A stretch of 64,000 nucleotides of DNA from Amoebidium appalachense (lineage: Eukaryota > Protista > Ichthyosporea): contig CAVNZM010000008.1 of assembly GCA_963693365.1 (NCBI GenBank), positions 6,644,830 to 6,708,829 of the forward strand, given 5' to 3'. Positions 30,834 through 47,512 of the stretch are shown here, piece by piece. Each line of letters starts with the position of its first letter. Position 1 is the stretch's first letter. The notes beneath the pieces are model-generated. The model was not told the DNA's origin. It saw only the letters and a list, made by a program, of their open reading frames with translations, and searched no databases. The position numbers and the translations under genes were made by a program.

Positions 30834-32486
30834 GATCCACCTACCCGCCTGCCTCGGCCCGTACCCGGCTCTCCATGCCTAATACAACACACACTAAATT
30901 ATCAAGGCCCCCCTCCTGCGGATCCACCTACCCGCCTGCCTCGGCCCGTACCCGGCTCTCCATGCCTAATACAACACACACTAAATTATCAAGGCCCCCC
31001 TCCTGCGGATCCACCTACCCGCCTGCCTCGGCCCGTACCCGGCTCTCCATGCCTAATACAACACACACTAAATTATCAAGGCCCCCCTCCTGCGGATCCA
31101 CCTACCCGCCTGCCTCGGCCCGTACCCGGCTCTCCATGCCTAATACAACACACACTAAATTATCAAGGCCCCCCTCCTGCGGATCCACCTACCCGCCTGC
31201 CTCGGCCCGTACCCGGCTCTCCATGCCTAATACAACACACACTAAATTATCAAGGCCCCCCTCCTGCGGATCCACCTACCCGCCTGCCTCGGCCCGTACC
31301 CGGCTCTCCATGCCTAATACAACACACACTAAATTATCAAGGCCCCCCTCCTGCGGATCCACCTACCCGCCTGCCTCGGCCCGTACCCGGCTCTCCATGC
31401 CTAATACAACACACACTAAATTATCAAGGCCCCCCTCCTGCGGATCCACCTACCCGCCTGCCTCGGCCCGTACCCGGCTCTCCATGCCTAATACAACACA
31501 CACTAAATTATCAAGGCCCCCCTCCTGCGGATCCACCTACCCGCCTGCCTCGGCCCGTACCCGGCTCTCCATGCCTAATACAACACACACTAAATTATCA
31601 AGGCCCCCCTCCTGCGGATCCACCTACCCGCCTGCCTCGGCCCGTACCCGGCTCTCCATGCCTAATACAACACACACTAAATTATCAAGGCCCCCCTCCT
31701 GCGGATCCACCTACCCGCCTGCCTCGGCCCGTACCCGGCTCTCCATGCCTAATACAACACACACTAAATTATCAAGGCCCCCCTCCTGCGGATCCACCTA
31801 CCCGCCTGCCTCGGCCCGTACCCGGCTCTCCATGCCTAATACAACACACACTAAATTATCAAGGCCCCCCTCCTGCGGATCCACCTACCCGCCTGCCTCG
31901 GCCCGTACCCGGCTCTCCATGCCTAATACAACACACACTAAATTATCAAGGCCCCCCTCCTGCGGATCCACCTACCCGCCTGCCTCGGCCCGTACCCGGC
32001 TCTCCATGCCTAATACAACACACACTAAATTATCAAGGCCCCCCTCCTGCGGATCCACCTACCCGCCTGCCTCGGCCCGTACCCGGCTCTCCATGCCTAA
32101 TACAACACACACTAAATTATCAAGGCCCCCCTCCTGCGGATCCACCTACCCGCCTGCCTCGGCCCGTACCCGGCTCTCCATGCCTAATACAACACACACT
32201 AAATTATCAAGGCCCCCCTCCTGCGGATCCACCTACCCGCCTGCCTCGGCCCGTACCCGGCTCTCCATGCCTAATACAACACACACTAAATTATCAAGGC
32301 CCCCCTCCTGCGGATCCACCTACCCGCCTGCCTCGGCCCGTACCCGGCTCTCCATGCCTAATACAACACACACTAAATTATCAAGGCCCCCCTCCTGCGG
32401 ATCCACCTACCCGCCTGCCTCGGCCCGTACCCGGCTCTCCATGCCTAATACAACACACACTAAATTATCAAGGCCCCCCTCCTGCG
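30834..32486. repeat. Satellite array, 19 apparently identical 87-bp units
   Basis: Unit GATCCACCTACCCGCCTGCCTCGGCCCGTACCCGGCTCTCCATGCCTAATACAACACACACTAAATTATCAAGGCCCCCCTCCTGCG; 1653 bp = 19 x 87; no spacers. Confidence 0.97.
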
Positions 32487-32849
32487 GGAGAGGGGTGTGT
32501 GTGTGTGTGTGTTTGGGGGGGGGGGGGGGGAAGGGGGAGGTCTGGGGCCGGATAACCTTTTTCGCACACATTATCACCAACCGGCCATGACCCCTCCTTG
32601 ACTATGTAACGAGAGAGAACGGGAGGAGGGGGGAAGGGGGAGGGAGGGGTGGAGGGAGGGGGGAAAGGGAGGTCATGTGTGAGGGGAGAGAGAGAAGGGG
32701 ATGGAAGGGGGGATTGATTCAGAGAGAGCTGAGAGAGCGATGGAGGGAGGAAGGTAGGGACGGAGAGAGAGAGCAAGAGCAGGGGAAATTGGGATCTTGG
32801 GCGAGCAGGGAGGGAGGGGGGGATGGGGGGGGGAAGGAGGAGAGGGAGA

Positions 32850-32941
<92 letters not shown>

Positions 32942-33678
32942 AGGGAGGGAGGGAGGGAGGGAGGGAGGGAGGGAGGGAGGGAGGGAGAGAGGGAGGGATG
33001 GAGAGATAGAGATAGCGTTCTTTAGGCTCTCATCAGTCGCATCCCATTGTCGACTCGTCCACAGGCAAATACTTCATTCAAACAGGGAATCCCCTTCATC
33101 ACACACACAATCCCACCGTATGCGACCCAACATGGAAAGGCTCCCGGGGCTTTTTGATTGCACAGGCACACATATCTGACTGAAGTGGGCATGCAAGGTT
33201 CCGTGGAACATGTACATGTACATCCCATCTTTAACCCATTTCATTTTTCGTGACTGGTTCAGAGGGTAACTATGAGCCCACCCACAAAGTTTAGCAAACA
33301 GGGGTGATGATCTCAAAACATTATAATGTTCATGCACACACCGGGAATATACTAAAGCTAAGTTACCCTGAACACAGAACCAGTAAAAACCTGAACCTGA
33401 AACCTGAGGCCATGACAATCAATAACATGTTTTCATTAATGCTACCACACATTATTGCAGCTATGAAGAAAAAATAATAATAAAAAAACATTTAACCGAA
33501 GACATACATACTTGCATTTGCTACGCACACAACTCCCCACCTACGCCCACGCCCACGCCCAAACACAAGCCTCGCAGACGCGGCATGGGCGAAACGTTTA
33601 CATTTTGACAACCATGCCAGCCACCACAAGAGACAATAAAATGTGGCCTACGAATGGTGGGTGGATAGGTGTGTGTGT

Positions 33679-33709
<31 letters not shown>

Positions 33710-33778
33710 GGGGGGGGGGTAGGTTTGAATCTACGTTTAACAATGTTTGTTTTCTCTTTTGCACGATGGGGTTACACA

Positions 33779-36618
<2,840 letters not shown>

Positions 36619-37556
36619 TCACTGATGGTTAGTCTGTAATAAGGGGTGCTACATAACACAGGGGAAATAAAGAAACGCTGCTCTCGCCTTTGAAGAAATG
36701 CTTGCTGTTCTTGCCGAGTATCAGTGGTATGAGTCGAGCCACAGCTTCTATTTTTTGGATCGTTAGATCTTAGACCAGCAACAGCAAATCGGTGTGCAAA
36801 AACGAACGACAACCCTTCTAGAAGTGCCCTTTCCTTGTGTAAAAAAAAAGGGGGGGGCACTTTCTCAGCTTGACCCTTATTGCTTAGAATACGTTAACTT
36901 ATATTATTGCCCCACTATCTTCCGCTAACAGCTAAGGCGAAGATCTAGAAACGGTAGGAAAGGAAAACAGCATGTGACAAAACTGAGACGAACAAGTGGG
37001 TGCGCACGCAACAAATAGCGTTTTCGCGCACCGTCTTAAAAAGGTAAATGCGCGGCATGTTGATTGGCAGATAATATTTATGAGAGCAGGCACGATTTGT
37101 TAAATATCATGCCTAACAATTGTCGCTACAATGTAAAATGCTACATTCAAGAGTGTTCATTGGATAAATCGTTTTTATTGATGTTTTGATTCGCTTAGAG
37201 CTCATCCAGTTTTTGAGATATCACCGGGCTGCTGGACTCCAATTAGATGACGTCACTTGGTTGAGAGATCACTGTTGCCACCTCGAGATTTTTCCTGATC
37301 GAGCTCTTTCTAAAACATTCTTTACCAGTGCAGCGTACATAAATATATATAAATAGAAATATACACATTATTTACAAAGGCTATTGATGGCCACTTCCCA
37401 GGAGTAAACACTTAACTGCAAAACACACAAACACAAAACGAAAACGAGTCTTAACTTCACAGAAAGTGGCCACATATACGATTTGTGTATATGTACGTAT
37501 TGCACAGACATACATGCTTGTTTGTGTATACATATTGAAAGCTAACAGACACTGCT

Positions 37557-37592
<36 letters not shown>

Positions 37593-38006
37593 GATTCCGG
37601 CGGGCCGGGGAGGCCGGGGAGATGGGGAGACGCGTGAGAGGGGGGAGGCTGGGGAGACATTCACAGTGTGTGTGTGTGCACGTGGGTGGGTGGGTGTGGG
37701 TGTACGGTGTGTGTGTGTGTGTGTGTGTGTGTTGCACGTGCTAACAGATGCTGCCAGCGCTGGGGGGAGTGGGTCCGGGAGGCTGGGGGGAAGGGGAGAG
37801 GGGGAGACACACGTGAGTGGGGTTGGGTGGGTGACTGTGTGCACGTGTGCTGGGGAGTGGGGCTGGGATGGGGGGTTGGGGGGTGGGCCGGGTGGGGGGG
37901 CTGGGGAGCTGGGGGGGGTGGGGGGCTGGGGGGGCTGGGGAGCTGGGGGGGTGGGGGGTGGGGAGACAGTCACGAGGAACCATGGTGGGGTGGGTGTTTA
38001 TTTTTG

Positions 38007-38347
38007 CTATTTGGGCTTGTGCATGTGGCAGTGGGTCGTAGATTTCACCCTGTTAAGACTTGCAGGGATTGCCAGCCTTGGTTTTGCCCTGGCAGTACCC
38101 ATTTTCCCTGCCCACACCCACTGCTGCAGCTGCAACCGGCGGCTGTGGTGCACCAATGGGTGGATCCGGAGTGGACACTGTCAAGTTAGCACGGGTACCC
38201 AGGTGCGCTCGGTGCGGGGGCGCTGCATTTCGGCGGCTGTAAATGCGGCCATGAGGTCGTCCAGCAGGAGGTTTGCATGAGCATAGTCCCCGGCCTTGTG
38301 GGTGCGGAAGATATTGATGGTGTTGTCGCTGTAGAGGAGGACACCGG
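38007..38347 (-). pseudogene. Frameshifted ORF remnant ending in a Cys/His motif (CQGKTKAGNPC..NR....THCHMH), truncated by the LTR at 38348
   Basis: Coding-like sequence GVLLYSDNTINIFRTHKAGDYAHANLLLDDLMAAF... The Cys/His motif is recovered only by assuming a 1-nt indel near 38056. Confidence 0.4.
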
Positions 38348-38765
38348 TGTCGTATCCTAACTCGTGTGTATAAGAGAAGCGGCACTCTTCTAAAAGAACA
38401 CACACTCAGTCTGAGAGGAACGAACGTGTACCAGAAAACTGCAAAGTTTATTACTAAGCCTGACTCCGACGGGCAACCTGAGATCCGAATGGAACCAAGC
38501 CAAGTCACAACTCCGGCCATCAAGGTCGTGCCCCCAAAGATCATCATCACCAGGCCCCCCACGATGCCACATTCCGTAGTACATTCCGATCTAGCGAACT
38601 TATCGTGCGCCTGCACGAGCTAACTGAAGTCTATCGGCTCACACTAATATACATATCATTGTCTCTCCCCTCTCCCTTCCCCTACTAGTGGCACCGCAGA
38701 GTCTAAGTCTGCATTTCATACTACCTCCCCCCCTCCCCCCCCTCTACTCACTTCCCGTACATCAA
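38348..38765 (-). repeat. Truncated 3' LTR of A1
   Basis: Aligns with 57633-58060 and 58528-58925; similarity stops after GTACATCAAT. Confidence 0.8.
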
Positions 38766-39129
38766 TGCAAAAGGGGCAAACCTACGAATCTTGAGAACTT
38801 TTCCCAGAAACTCGTATATCTTGTGAAGGGATGTTTATTTTTGAAAACGGAAAAAACCTTTATAATACAATTTTAAGTCCTCTAGGGAACTTGTACTTAG
38901 AACAATAAAGCGACAGCCGTTTAGTACAGGCAGTTGATTTGTCGACCATACCTGAAGTTCAAATCAATTAGAGAACCCTGTAGATCATGATAGGCTCTCG
39001 ATCGATCGATCACATGTGTCGTGCACAGTCGCAAAACAAAAAAAAGAGGTCCCGTCGAAGTACCCACACTATTCTCCCGCTTTGTCTCCTAACCTTTTCT
39101 ATAGTCACTAAAACTCCGGCGCTTCGAGG

Positions 39130-39940
39130 CCAAACATACACAAGGACAAGTAAAATGGCATTTGCCGACATTATTCTTGTGCCCCGACTTGACACAAGCG
39201 ATATGGTTGACATAGAGTACAAGGATGATGCGCAGTTACTGAGAATCAAGCACTATCCTCTCCCCTACTTTCCTGCAGTGCCTACTAGTAAGTGTGTGAT
39301 TTGGCGCCGGGTGTGCTCGAGGTATATTGTGCTGGTGCTCCACGTCATCAGAGTAGGCTAGCAACGCGTCTGGGTGTATATACTTAACCGCCGTTTCCAT
39401 TTCCCCTGACATGAGACGTCAATGACATCAGTGGTAAGGGCACTACAATGGCGGGTGGGAGGGCGTCACCGGACGCAACAATAGTGGGAATGATGGATAG
39501 GTGCCAGTCTTGCTCCGCAAACCCATAGCCGACTTTGAATGTGCTTTTCATGTCAGACTCTGTGACCGTGAGAAGTTTCTGACCCGCACGCCCGTTGGTT
39601 ATGCGCAGTTCTTTCTCGTCGTCATTGAGCAGATTCTTCTCGTGACGTTTATCTGCTTTTCTTCCACCAGTTCCTCCACCATATCAAACCACAAATTCAT
39701 CTTCTCCTCCGTGAGGACGAAAACACGCGCTTTCGAAAGTTCGTTTGGTTTGCGGAAAGTGAGGTTGTAACCGTGCTGTTTGGCACGGCGTTCGAACAAA
39801 TTGAACCACCCCTCACCTGGAAGCCCGTCTGCTGTCTTGAATTTTTTGCCGTTATGCTCAGCAACGTCCCGTGCAGACCTGAGAACTTCAGCACGAGAAA
39901 CCCCTAACCCCCTCCCAGCCTGGAACACCAGCCCACTAGC
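39130..39940 (-). pseudogene. pogo/Fot1-like (Tc1-mariner) transposase remnant
   Basis: CENP-B-type HTH region (GLPGEGWFNLFERR...LTFRKPNELSKARV), then frameshifted DDE_1-like motifs LLNDDEK and HLSIIPTIVASGDALPPAIVV. Confidence 0.75.
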
Positions 39941-39979
39941 AGGCCAATTTCCTCATCTGCTGTTAGAATGGGCTTAGGG

Positions 39980-42900
39980 CCCGGTTTAGCCATATGATCC
40001 CAATCATTAGCCTCCACATCAACCATTTTGCCAATATGGACTTCTGAAACACTGCATGCACATGTTCAGAGATGGCATTTGCTTGAGGGTGATATGCAGA
40101 AGTAGTGATATGGGAGTGTACCCTTAAAATTTTACAAACCTCCGAAACCAACTGATTTAAAAACACACTACTCCTAATCCATTAACAAAACACGAGGACA
40201 ACCAAACCTAAGACAAATTTGAGCCACAAAAATACGAGCAAACAAATTTTAAACGGCATTAGCAGTGGGGAGAGCAAACACTTCAACCCAACGAGTGGCC
40301 ACGTCGGTTACGGTAGCGAGAGCAGTGTTACCATCAACCGTAGAATTAAAGGGACCAACCACATCTACTGCTACCCGTTCAAACATACGAACATTAAAAT
40401 CCCTAATAAACGACGGGCGGGAACGACTCGAGCTCAGTGGGGACTCTCATTCCTTTCCTGACAACGCATGCATGACAACACATAATCCCTCACCTCCCCA
40501 CTCATAACCGGCCAAAAATACGAACGACTACCACGAAGCAACGACGTCCTATTTACACCCAAATGACCAGCCATGGGATGCTCATGCACCATATGCAAAA
40601 CCTCGGGCACAAGTGCCGCCGGGACCCAAACGCGGTGTCCGTCTGGCCCAGAACAATGATAAACTAAATCCTGCTCTACCTGACACATTTTTGCAAACTG
40701 AGCTACCTTAACCATCTGCCTTTTTTATTTAATTTAAACCAAACCGACCGGCCCCTTTAAATAATTCTTAACCAGACCAATCAACACATCTTCAAGTTCT
40801 TCCTGAGCTGAGATCAAAGCCGTAGGTGTTAAGGCAGGGGCCGAGCCGTGAGGCTTGGTCCCGACCTCAGACACCGACAAATACCTCCCCCCCTCTGCCC
40901 GACACTTCAGTAAGCAAGCAACCCCGGAGCCCAAGAAGACACATCAACATGATGATACACCGCATCTATTCCCTTCTTGTCACTCTAGGCTCCCCCCCCT
41001 TCCCCCCCTCCCCCCCGTCTCTCACTAGCCCCCCCTCCCCCTCCTTCTCTTCAAGTTCTTCCAACAAAATATAAGCGGCGCGAGAGAGCGCATCACAGTC
41101 AACCGGCATTGTTTCACCCTTGGCATAAAACAGTTTATAGGAGAACTCACCGAGAGCCGCGGCCCACTGGCACTTCTGCATCCTCTCGTTGACGAGACGA
41201 GTGGTGCCGGCCATGGCTAGGCAGGGCTTGTGGTCGGTGTAGACCTCGAACGTCCTGCCTGCGTAAATATACCTCCATACTATACCTGCCAGAGACTGCC
41301 CAAAAGATCGCATGGGACTCTCTCTCCGGATTGCTATATCTACGTTCGCTTTTACTAAACGAACGACTAGCATAAGCAATCACTCGCGAGTCCTGCCTCC
41401 CCTGCACTTGATATAACACTGCCGGGCCCCTCAGCAACCTTACTTGCATCACATCGAACTTTAAACATCCCCCCCCCCCCCCCCCCCCCCCCCCCCGGCC
41501 GAAAAATCAGGATGAACAAGCATACTCGAAGACTGCAAAGTAGTAACTTAAGCTTTTCAAAAGCAGAAACAGCATCATCATTCCAATCTATTCTATTCTT
41601 CTTCTCCCCCCCTGTCTGACTAGTTAACGGCAAAGCAATCTTACTATAATCTTTAATATAACAACGAAGATAATTAGTTAAACCTAAAAACTGCTAAGTT
41701 AGTTGAGTGAGTCTGAGGATGTGGCCACTCAACTAGGGCCCGGATTTTCTCCGGATCAGGGGAAAGACCATTACTAGAAACGATATGACCTAAAAACTTT
41801 ACCTCCTGCACACCAATCACAGTCTTGCTACCACTAATACGAAGACCAGACTCACCCAAAGCTAAAAATACCTTTTCACAATTTTCAATCAACTCTTCCA
41901 ACGACCTTACCTTTAATTAAAGCATCATGATCCAAATAAGGGTGGCATACATCCAAATGCGGTGGAGGATTTTATACATTACCCGGCACAACATAGCTGG
42001 AGAGGAGAGCAAACCCCGGGCCATCGGCACCACCTTCAAGTACTGGAACAGCTGGTCACCCAGTGCAAAGGCACTGTCTTCTCCTTGCTGCTCTCCTCCA
42101 GCCTTATCTGCCAAAAAGCTGCTTTTAAATCAAGTTTAGCAAAATGAGTCTAGCCGTGCAGCTGTGAAAGCTGCTCGTCTATGTTAGGGAGAGGCCATTG
42201 GTCTGCCTTTGTGACCCAATTCAGAGCCCTGTAATGGTTCACTAGACGCCAAGACCCGTCGGGCTTCTTAACCAATATTCACCGGACTACTCCACGGACT
42301 GGAACTATGCTCCACATGACCCTTTTTTAACATATCGTTCACTATGATAATTAGCACATCGGACAATTTATACTGCTCCATTCTACAGCTAGGCATAACT
42401 ACCGGCCTATTCAATCACCTGTGTCGATAGGCATTTCCCACCCTTTAACGAAGCCTACTTCGTTATCATCGGCAAGAAACTTTATGCAAACCGAGTCCTA
42501 TCAAATAACTTAGCTAATAATTTTTTCTGCTCTACCGTCCAATCCCCCTCCTTCAAGTTCATACCAAACGGCAAGACTAACTCCGGGCTACCCCGGCGGC
42601 ATCACAAGCGGATGCATCCTTATTCACTGGAGTGCCACTTACTAGTAACATTTCACCTCCTGTATCACATCGGTGCTGCACGGGGTTAGTTTGGGGTACC
42701 TCCGGGTATAGGCGTTCACCAGTAGCACCCCCCCTCCCCCCGGCATACCAATGCCCCCGGGCAATTCCTGATGAGTTAGTGCATGCCGTATGTGGGCGGC
42801 CAGGTCCGACTGTGGCCACCCTGCCCCCCACGGTGTTGCCAGTGGTTAACCCGTCAGATCCACAGGTTAGACCAACCCCCCCCCCCCCCCCCTGCCTGCA

Positions 42901-43870
42901 CATTCTCACACCCAAAATGACCCTCCTTCCTCTTGGGGGTCGGGGGGAGTGGGACCGGTGGTGTCCCGGTCCCCCCCCCCCCCATCGTGTCGGGTGACGT
43001 TTTGGTGGCTATCGTTAAATAAAGCTGTTTCCCCCCCTCCTGAGTCACCCTTCGAGCCGGCATCCTCCTTTTGGGTAATAAGAGAGACCTCTATACTACC
43101 AATCTCATTAGTCACGGAAACTACCGACGGAAACACCTGACCTAACCACTGTGGGCTCGATGCCCTGATTCACTAAATCCGAGTCTATTTCTATCGTCTT
43201 ATCCGGCCATACCCTACTAAGGGTCCATTGAGCCACCTCCTGAAACGGGGATTTCGGAGTAAAAACCCCTAAATCCCCGATCCTAACATGATTGCGGGCC
43301 CGGACACGTACCGTTTGGCACTGATAAGGCTCGATCACTACTTCAGCTACCGTTCTAGCACCGGACTGATAACTGTCGAGCCCATCGTGGGTTTTAATTT
43401 TAACGCCAGACTGCAACTCTAAAACATTCGTACGTTCAAACAAAGCATTCACATGTCTACGAAAAAATGGGGCTCCCAACAAAACACTTTGAGCTAGATC
43501 CTTAACCACATAACAAGTGAATATGCATATTCTGGCCACCTATCTCACACGGCAACACACAAACACCTTCGACAGACATACTACTATTATTAGCACTACC
43601 TAAGGCCGTGCTAGAAGCATCTAAAATAGGAATCTCCCCCCCGGCCTGAGTAAAACGACGAATAAACGAAGCATGCACACAATTAACCTGAGCCCCTCCA
43701 TCGAGCAAAGCAACAGCCTTCAACTTACCATCGGCTAACCATACGCCTCTATAATGCCCGCTAAAACCAACTAAATCCTCCTCCAATTCGAGCAACACAT
43801 CATCACTCACACCCAGACCCTGCCCACGAAGACTCACACCCTCGACACCTACCTGAAGCATACCTACCTG
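39980..43870 (-). pseudogene. Decayed pol (PR-RT-RNaseH-IN) of A1
   Basis: Colinear with the A2 pol (LLDGGAQVN, VKFLGHIVS, YTDHKP, HEHPMAGHLG, AYHPQANAISE) but with many indels and stops. The integrase C-terminus and chromodomain are deleted. Confidence 0.92.
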
Positions 43871-43905
43871 TGGTGCCTGCACGGGTGGGGTGGGGTGTGT
43901 GTGTG

Positions 43906-44164
43906 ACATTTACTAAGTAAAATTGTATAACGTTATGCAGGTTTGAGCATAACGTTATGCACGTTTCAAAAAATTAAAAATGTAATAACTTGGGAACCGT
44001 TCAACCAAAATGCACCAAGTTTTCACAGTTAGTGTGTTGTTATACCCCCTGCACACGTACACTGAGATACCAGCAAAACAGTTTGATCTGCTCAAGCGAT
44101 CACGAAAAAACATGAAAAAACTTTTAAAAAACTTTAGGTCAAAATTTTTCGGTAAAATCCCTTA
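43906..44164. mobile_element. ~260-bp AT-rich insertion (MITE-like) between A1 gag and protease
   Basis: Abrupt composition shift between TGTGTG flanks and an internal palindrome GCATAACGTTATGC. No clear TIR. Confidence 0.4.
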
Positions 44165-44169
44165 TGTGT

Positions 44170-45141
44170 GGGTGTAGGTGTGTCTGCAACCTTCGTGTGT
44201 TGTGGTGGTGGTGTGTTTCTACGTGTCTGTGTCTTCCCCCCCCCTTCCCCCTTTACTCGTGTGTGTCCCCCCCTTTCCGGAAACAATGGCACAGAAACCC
44301 CCTCCGGTGTGGTTAGAAGAAACACCGGGTTGGGACAAGTAACACTGAGACCGTCCACATGTGGCTGGGGAATCTCCCCCAACCACAAAACATTCACACC
44401 ATTCATACCTTTTGGAGAATCAACCCACAAACATTCATGCCATACCACCTCGACGCTGTCTTGAGGACCCACGACGATGCCCGGCTCCCACACGTATCGG
44501 GGCGGTGGGGCGGTGAGGGGGCAAAGGGAAGCTCAACCCGTGTAGGGAGAGGGTGAAGGTCCTCTGCAACCTGGGGGGGACCGATACGATCCCCCCCCCC
44601 CTCCCTCCTTCAAGTTGACCCCAGCTTCCCCCTCCCCCGAAACTCAATAGCCTTGGTAGCTACGGCAATATGCAGGAGAGTGCCCTTGCCGGCCAAAAAA
44701 TTAACATGAACCAAAGAACTGGCCAGGGGGAACTTCATAACCTTGGCGCAAAGCATAACCGGGAGCCCGGTCGTGCTGGGGGGGCCCACCGTGTGCACGA
44801 CGCCCCCCCCTTCCCCCCCTGCCCCCCTCGGCCTCTCTCACCACCAGCACCAAACCCACCACGGCCTCCATGTCCACCCCTACCACCATTCTCTCCTCCA
44901 AACCCACCTCTATGACCACCATTCTCACCACCATGTCCACCCTCCCTCTACCCTGCCCGCCACCACGAGCAGGATTCGGGGCAAACCTCTCGTCGAACTG
45001 CTGCTGCTGTCCTGCTCGTCCACCACGCCCACGACCGCCGCGACCACGGGCCGGCCGCCGCCACGGCCACCTCGGAAGCCGAAGCCCCCTCGGCCAGTGA
45101 GCTGGCCGACGGCCTGGGAGAGCTCAGCAACCTGCTTAACC
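44170..45141 (-). pseudogene. A1 gag C-terminal part (Gly/Arg-rich region, decayed CCHC zinc knuckle)
   Basis: LVKQVAELSQAVGQLTGRGGFGFRGGRGG and GSC*FFGRQGHSPAYC; lies upstream of the protease. Confidence 0.7.
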
Positions 45142-45144
45142 AAC

Positions 45145-46168
45145 CTCTGCGAAAACCTCCCTCCCGTACCCGCAGATAATCGCCGCGCCCGTTGGCTCAC
45201 TTTGACTCATTTAACCCCGATTATCTGCGGATTGCGGACCGAAAACCGATCGGAGATAATCGTATGGCAAGTGGACAGAATTCGTGATTGGCTGGATTCG
45301 ATTTTTAGCGGCGGCTACCCAGGGGTGCCGCCGCGGTGGCTCGCGGTGATCTGGGGCTATCGGAGGTTATGGAATTGAGCGGCCGGCAGCCTATCGGCAG
45401 ATATTCGGAGCTCAAAGAAGTGCCCTTGATAACATTCCTTGAGATGAGTCATTGGAATTCGACTCCCTATGACGTAGCACATACCTTTGGCACGATCGGG
45501 ACGAGCGCGGCGCACACGTGCATAGCTGGAAAGGGGCCAGCTATAGGCGAAAAAAAACCAGGGCGGCCTTCGGAACCACGTGAACGGTAAATACGTTTAT
45601 TGTAGGTTACTCCAGCGCAGCTGGTATATATCATTATTCACGTTTTATTCTAGCCGCTCTAATCCTCACTTCCTATGTTTCACCTTACAGTACATGCTGA
45701 TGATCCGGACCAGCCTGATCTTTCGAACTTCTAGAAACACAATACACAAAATATACACCGACGAAACTTCATCGTGTGCTACAAACAAACTTGAATACTG
45801 CTCGTATGGGTTGTCAGTCTGCAGGGTTGGCTGGCGGTGCCTGTGGGGAGTCCCAGGTTAGATAAGCATGTGAAAGCAAGGACTTCAATAACTGTTTGGT
45901 GTGTCCACCTTGTGGGCTTCTAATCACACACAAGCACAACCACACACACACACGTGGAATCAGTCATCTTGCAACGCACGTGTGCACAACGTAACACAGA
46001 GAACGAAGCAAGGCAAGCCGCGAATACAGCGTTCAAAACAACGTTAACGTTCACACTGTCCTGCATGTGAAACAATAAACGCAACACATGCAGACAAAAC
46101 ACGTGTGTCATTGTCAGGGGCGCATGCATGCACATACGTGTGTGTGCGTGTGTGTGTTTGTGTACGTG

Positions 46169-46238
<70 letters not shown>

Positions 46239-47150
46239 GTGTGTGCGTGTGTGTAGGTGTGTAGGTTTGTGGTGGTGTGTTGTCCGTATTTTGTGTGTGT
46301 GATAGTGTGTTAAGAGTGGCGGTATACCGATGAACCTACGTACACATGTGCACTCAATCATCTTTGCCAAACCTTGTGCACAACACAACACAGAACGAAG
46401 CAAGGCAAGCACAGCAGAAGTCAATCAAAGAAAACGATCAAACTTACCACCCTCTGTCCCGCAAGTAAAACAACAAAGGGAACACATGCAGACAGGAAAC
46501 ATCCTTCTTCAAACAGGCGCGCGAACACACACACGTGTGTGTGTAGTGTGCGTGTGTGTGCCCGTGTGCTTGTGTATGTGTGTGCGTGTGTGCGTGCGTG
46601 CCCGTGTGTGTGTATGTGTGTGTGTGTGTGCATGTGTGTGTGTGTAGGTGTGTCGTCCGGATCTTGTGTTTGTGTGCGGAAGTGCAACGGTATACGTGTG
46701 TTGTGCGTGCGTTGTGTGTTTGCGAGGGTGGGTGGGTGAGCAGGAAGGTGTGGGGTGTACACGTGATCGATAATATGCAAGGCCGTAGGTGTGACAAGCA
46801 AGAGTATGGCCGGTGTGTGTGTGTATGCCTGCAGGTCTGATTTTGTGTGTACTTCATAAAATCGAAGCCATGGGAAAAAAGCAAAAGCCTGGGAAAACAG
46901 TTAATCTTCACAACATGATCCAAAACGGTGGAATTCGAGGGAGGAAAGGGAGAGAGGGAGGTGGAGGGGAGGGGGGGGGGGGGGGAGGGGGGGAGACATG
47001 GAATGGAGGGAGGAGAAAAAAAAAGCACACAGGAACAAGGTAGTTAACTTTGCAATGCATGAAGGGCAAAGAGTTGGGAGAAAGAAGAGGAGAATATAGA
47101 ATTGAGATGCCAGGAAATGGGACGGACGGTGAAAAGAAAAGGGCCGGGGG

Positions 47151-47232
<82 letters not shown>

Positions 47233-47365
47233 ACCTCAGGTCGGGGGAACCTCGATCGGGGGGACCCCAGGGCAGCTGTGCAAGCTGGCATGTTGATCGT
47301 GATGTCGACAGCATTCTTGCTGTGCCTGCAAAGTGTATGGGTGAGTGTTTTTGTGTCGCTTGTCC

Positions 47366-47431
<66 letters not shown>

Positions 47432-47481
47432 TCGTGTGTGCTGTGTGTAAGGGATTGTGGGGGGAGTGAGAATGGGTGGGT

Positions 47482-47512
<31 letters not shown>

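Noticed and set aside
30875-32590. 571-aa ORF of 29-aa repeats; also considered as a CRISPR-like array
   Set aside because: The ORF is a by-product of an 87-bp (multiple of 3) unit lacking stops in one frame, with no unique domain. There are no spacers or cas genes, and the context is eukaryotic.
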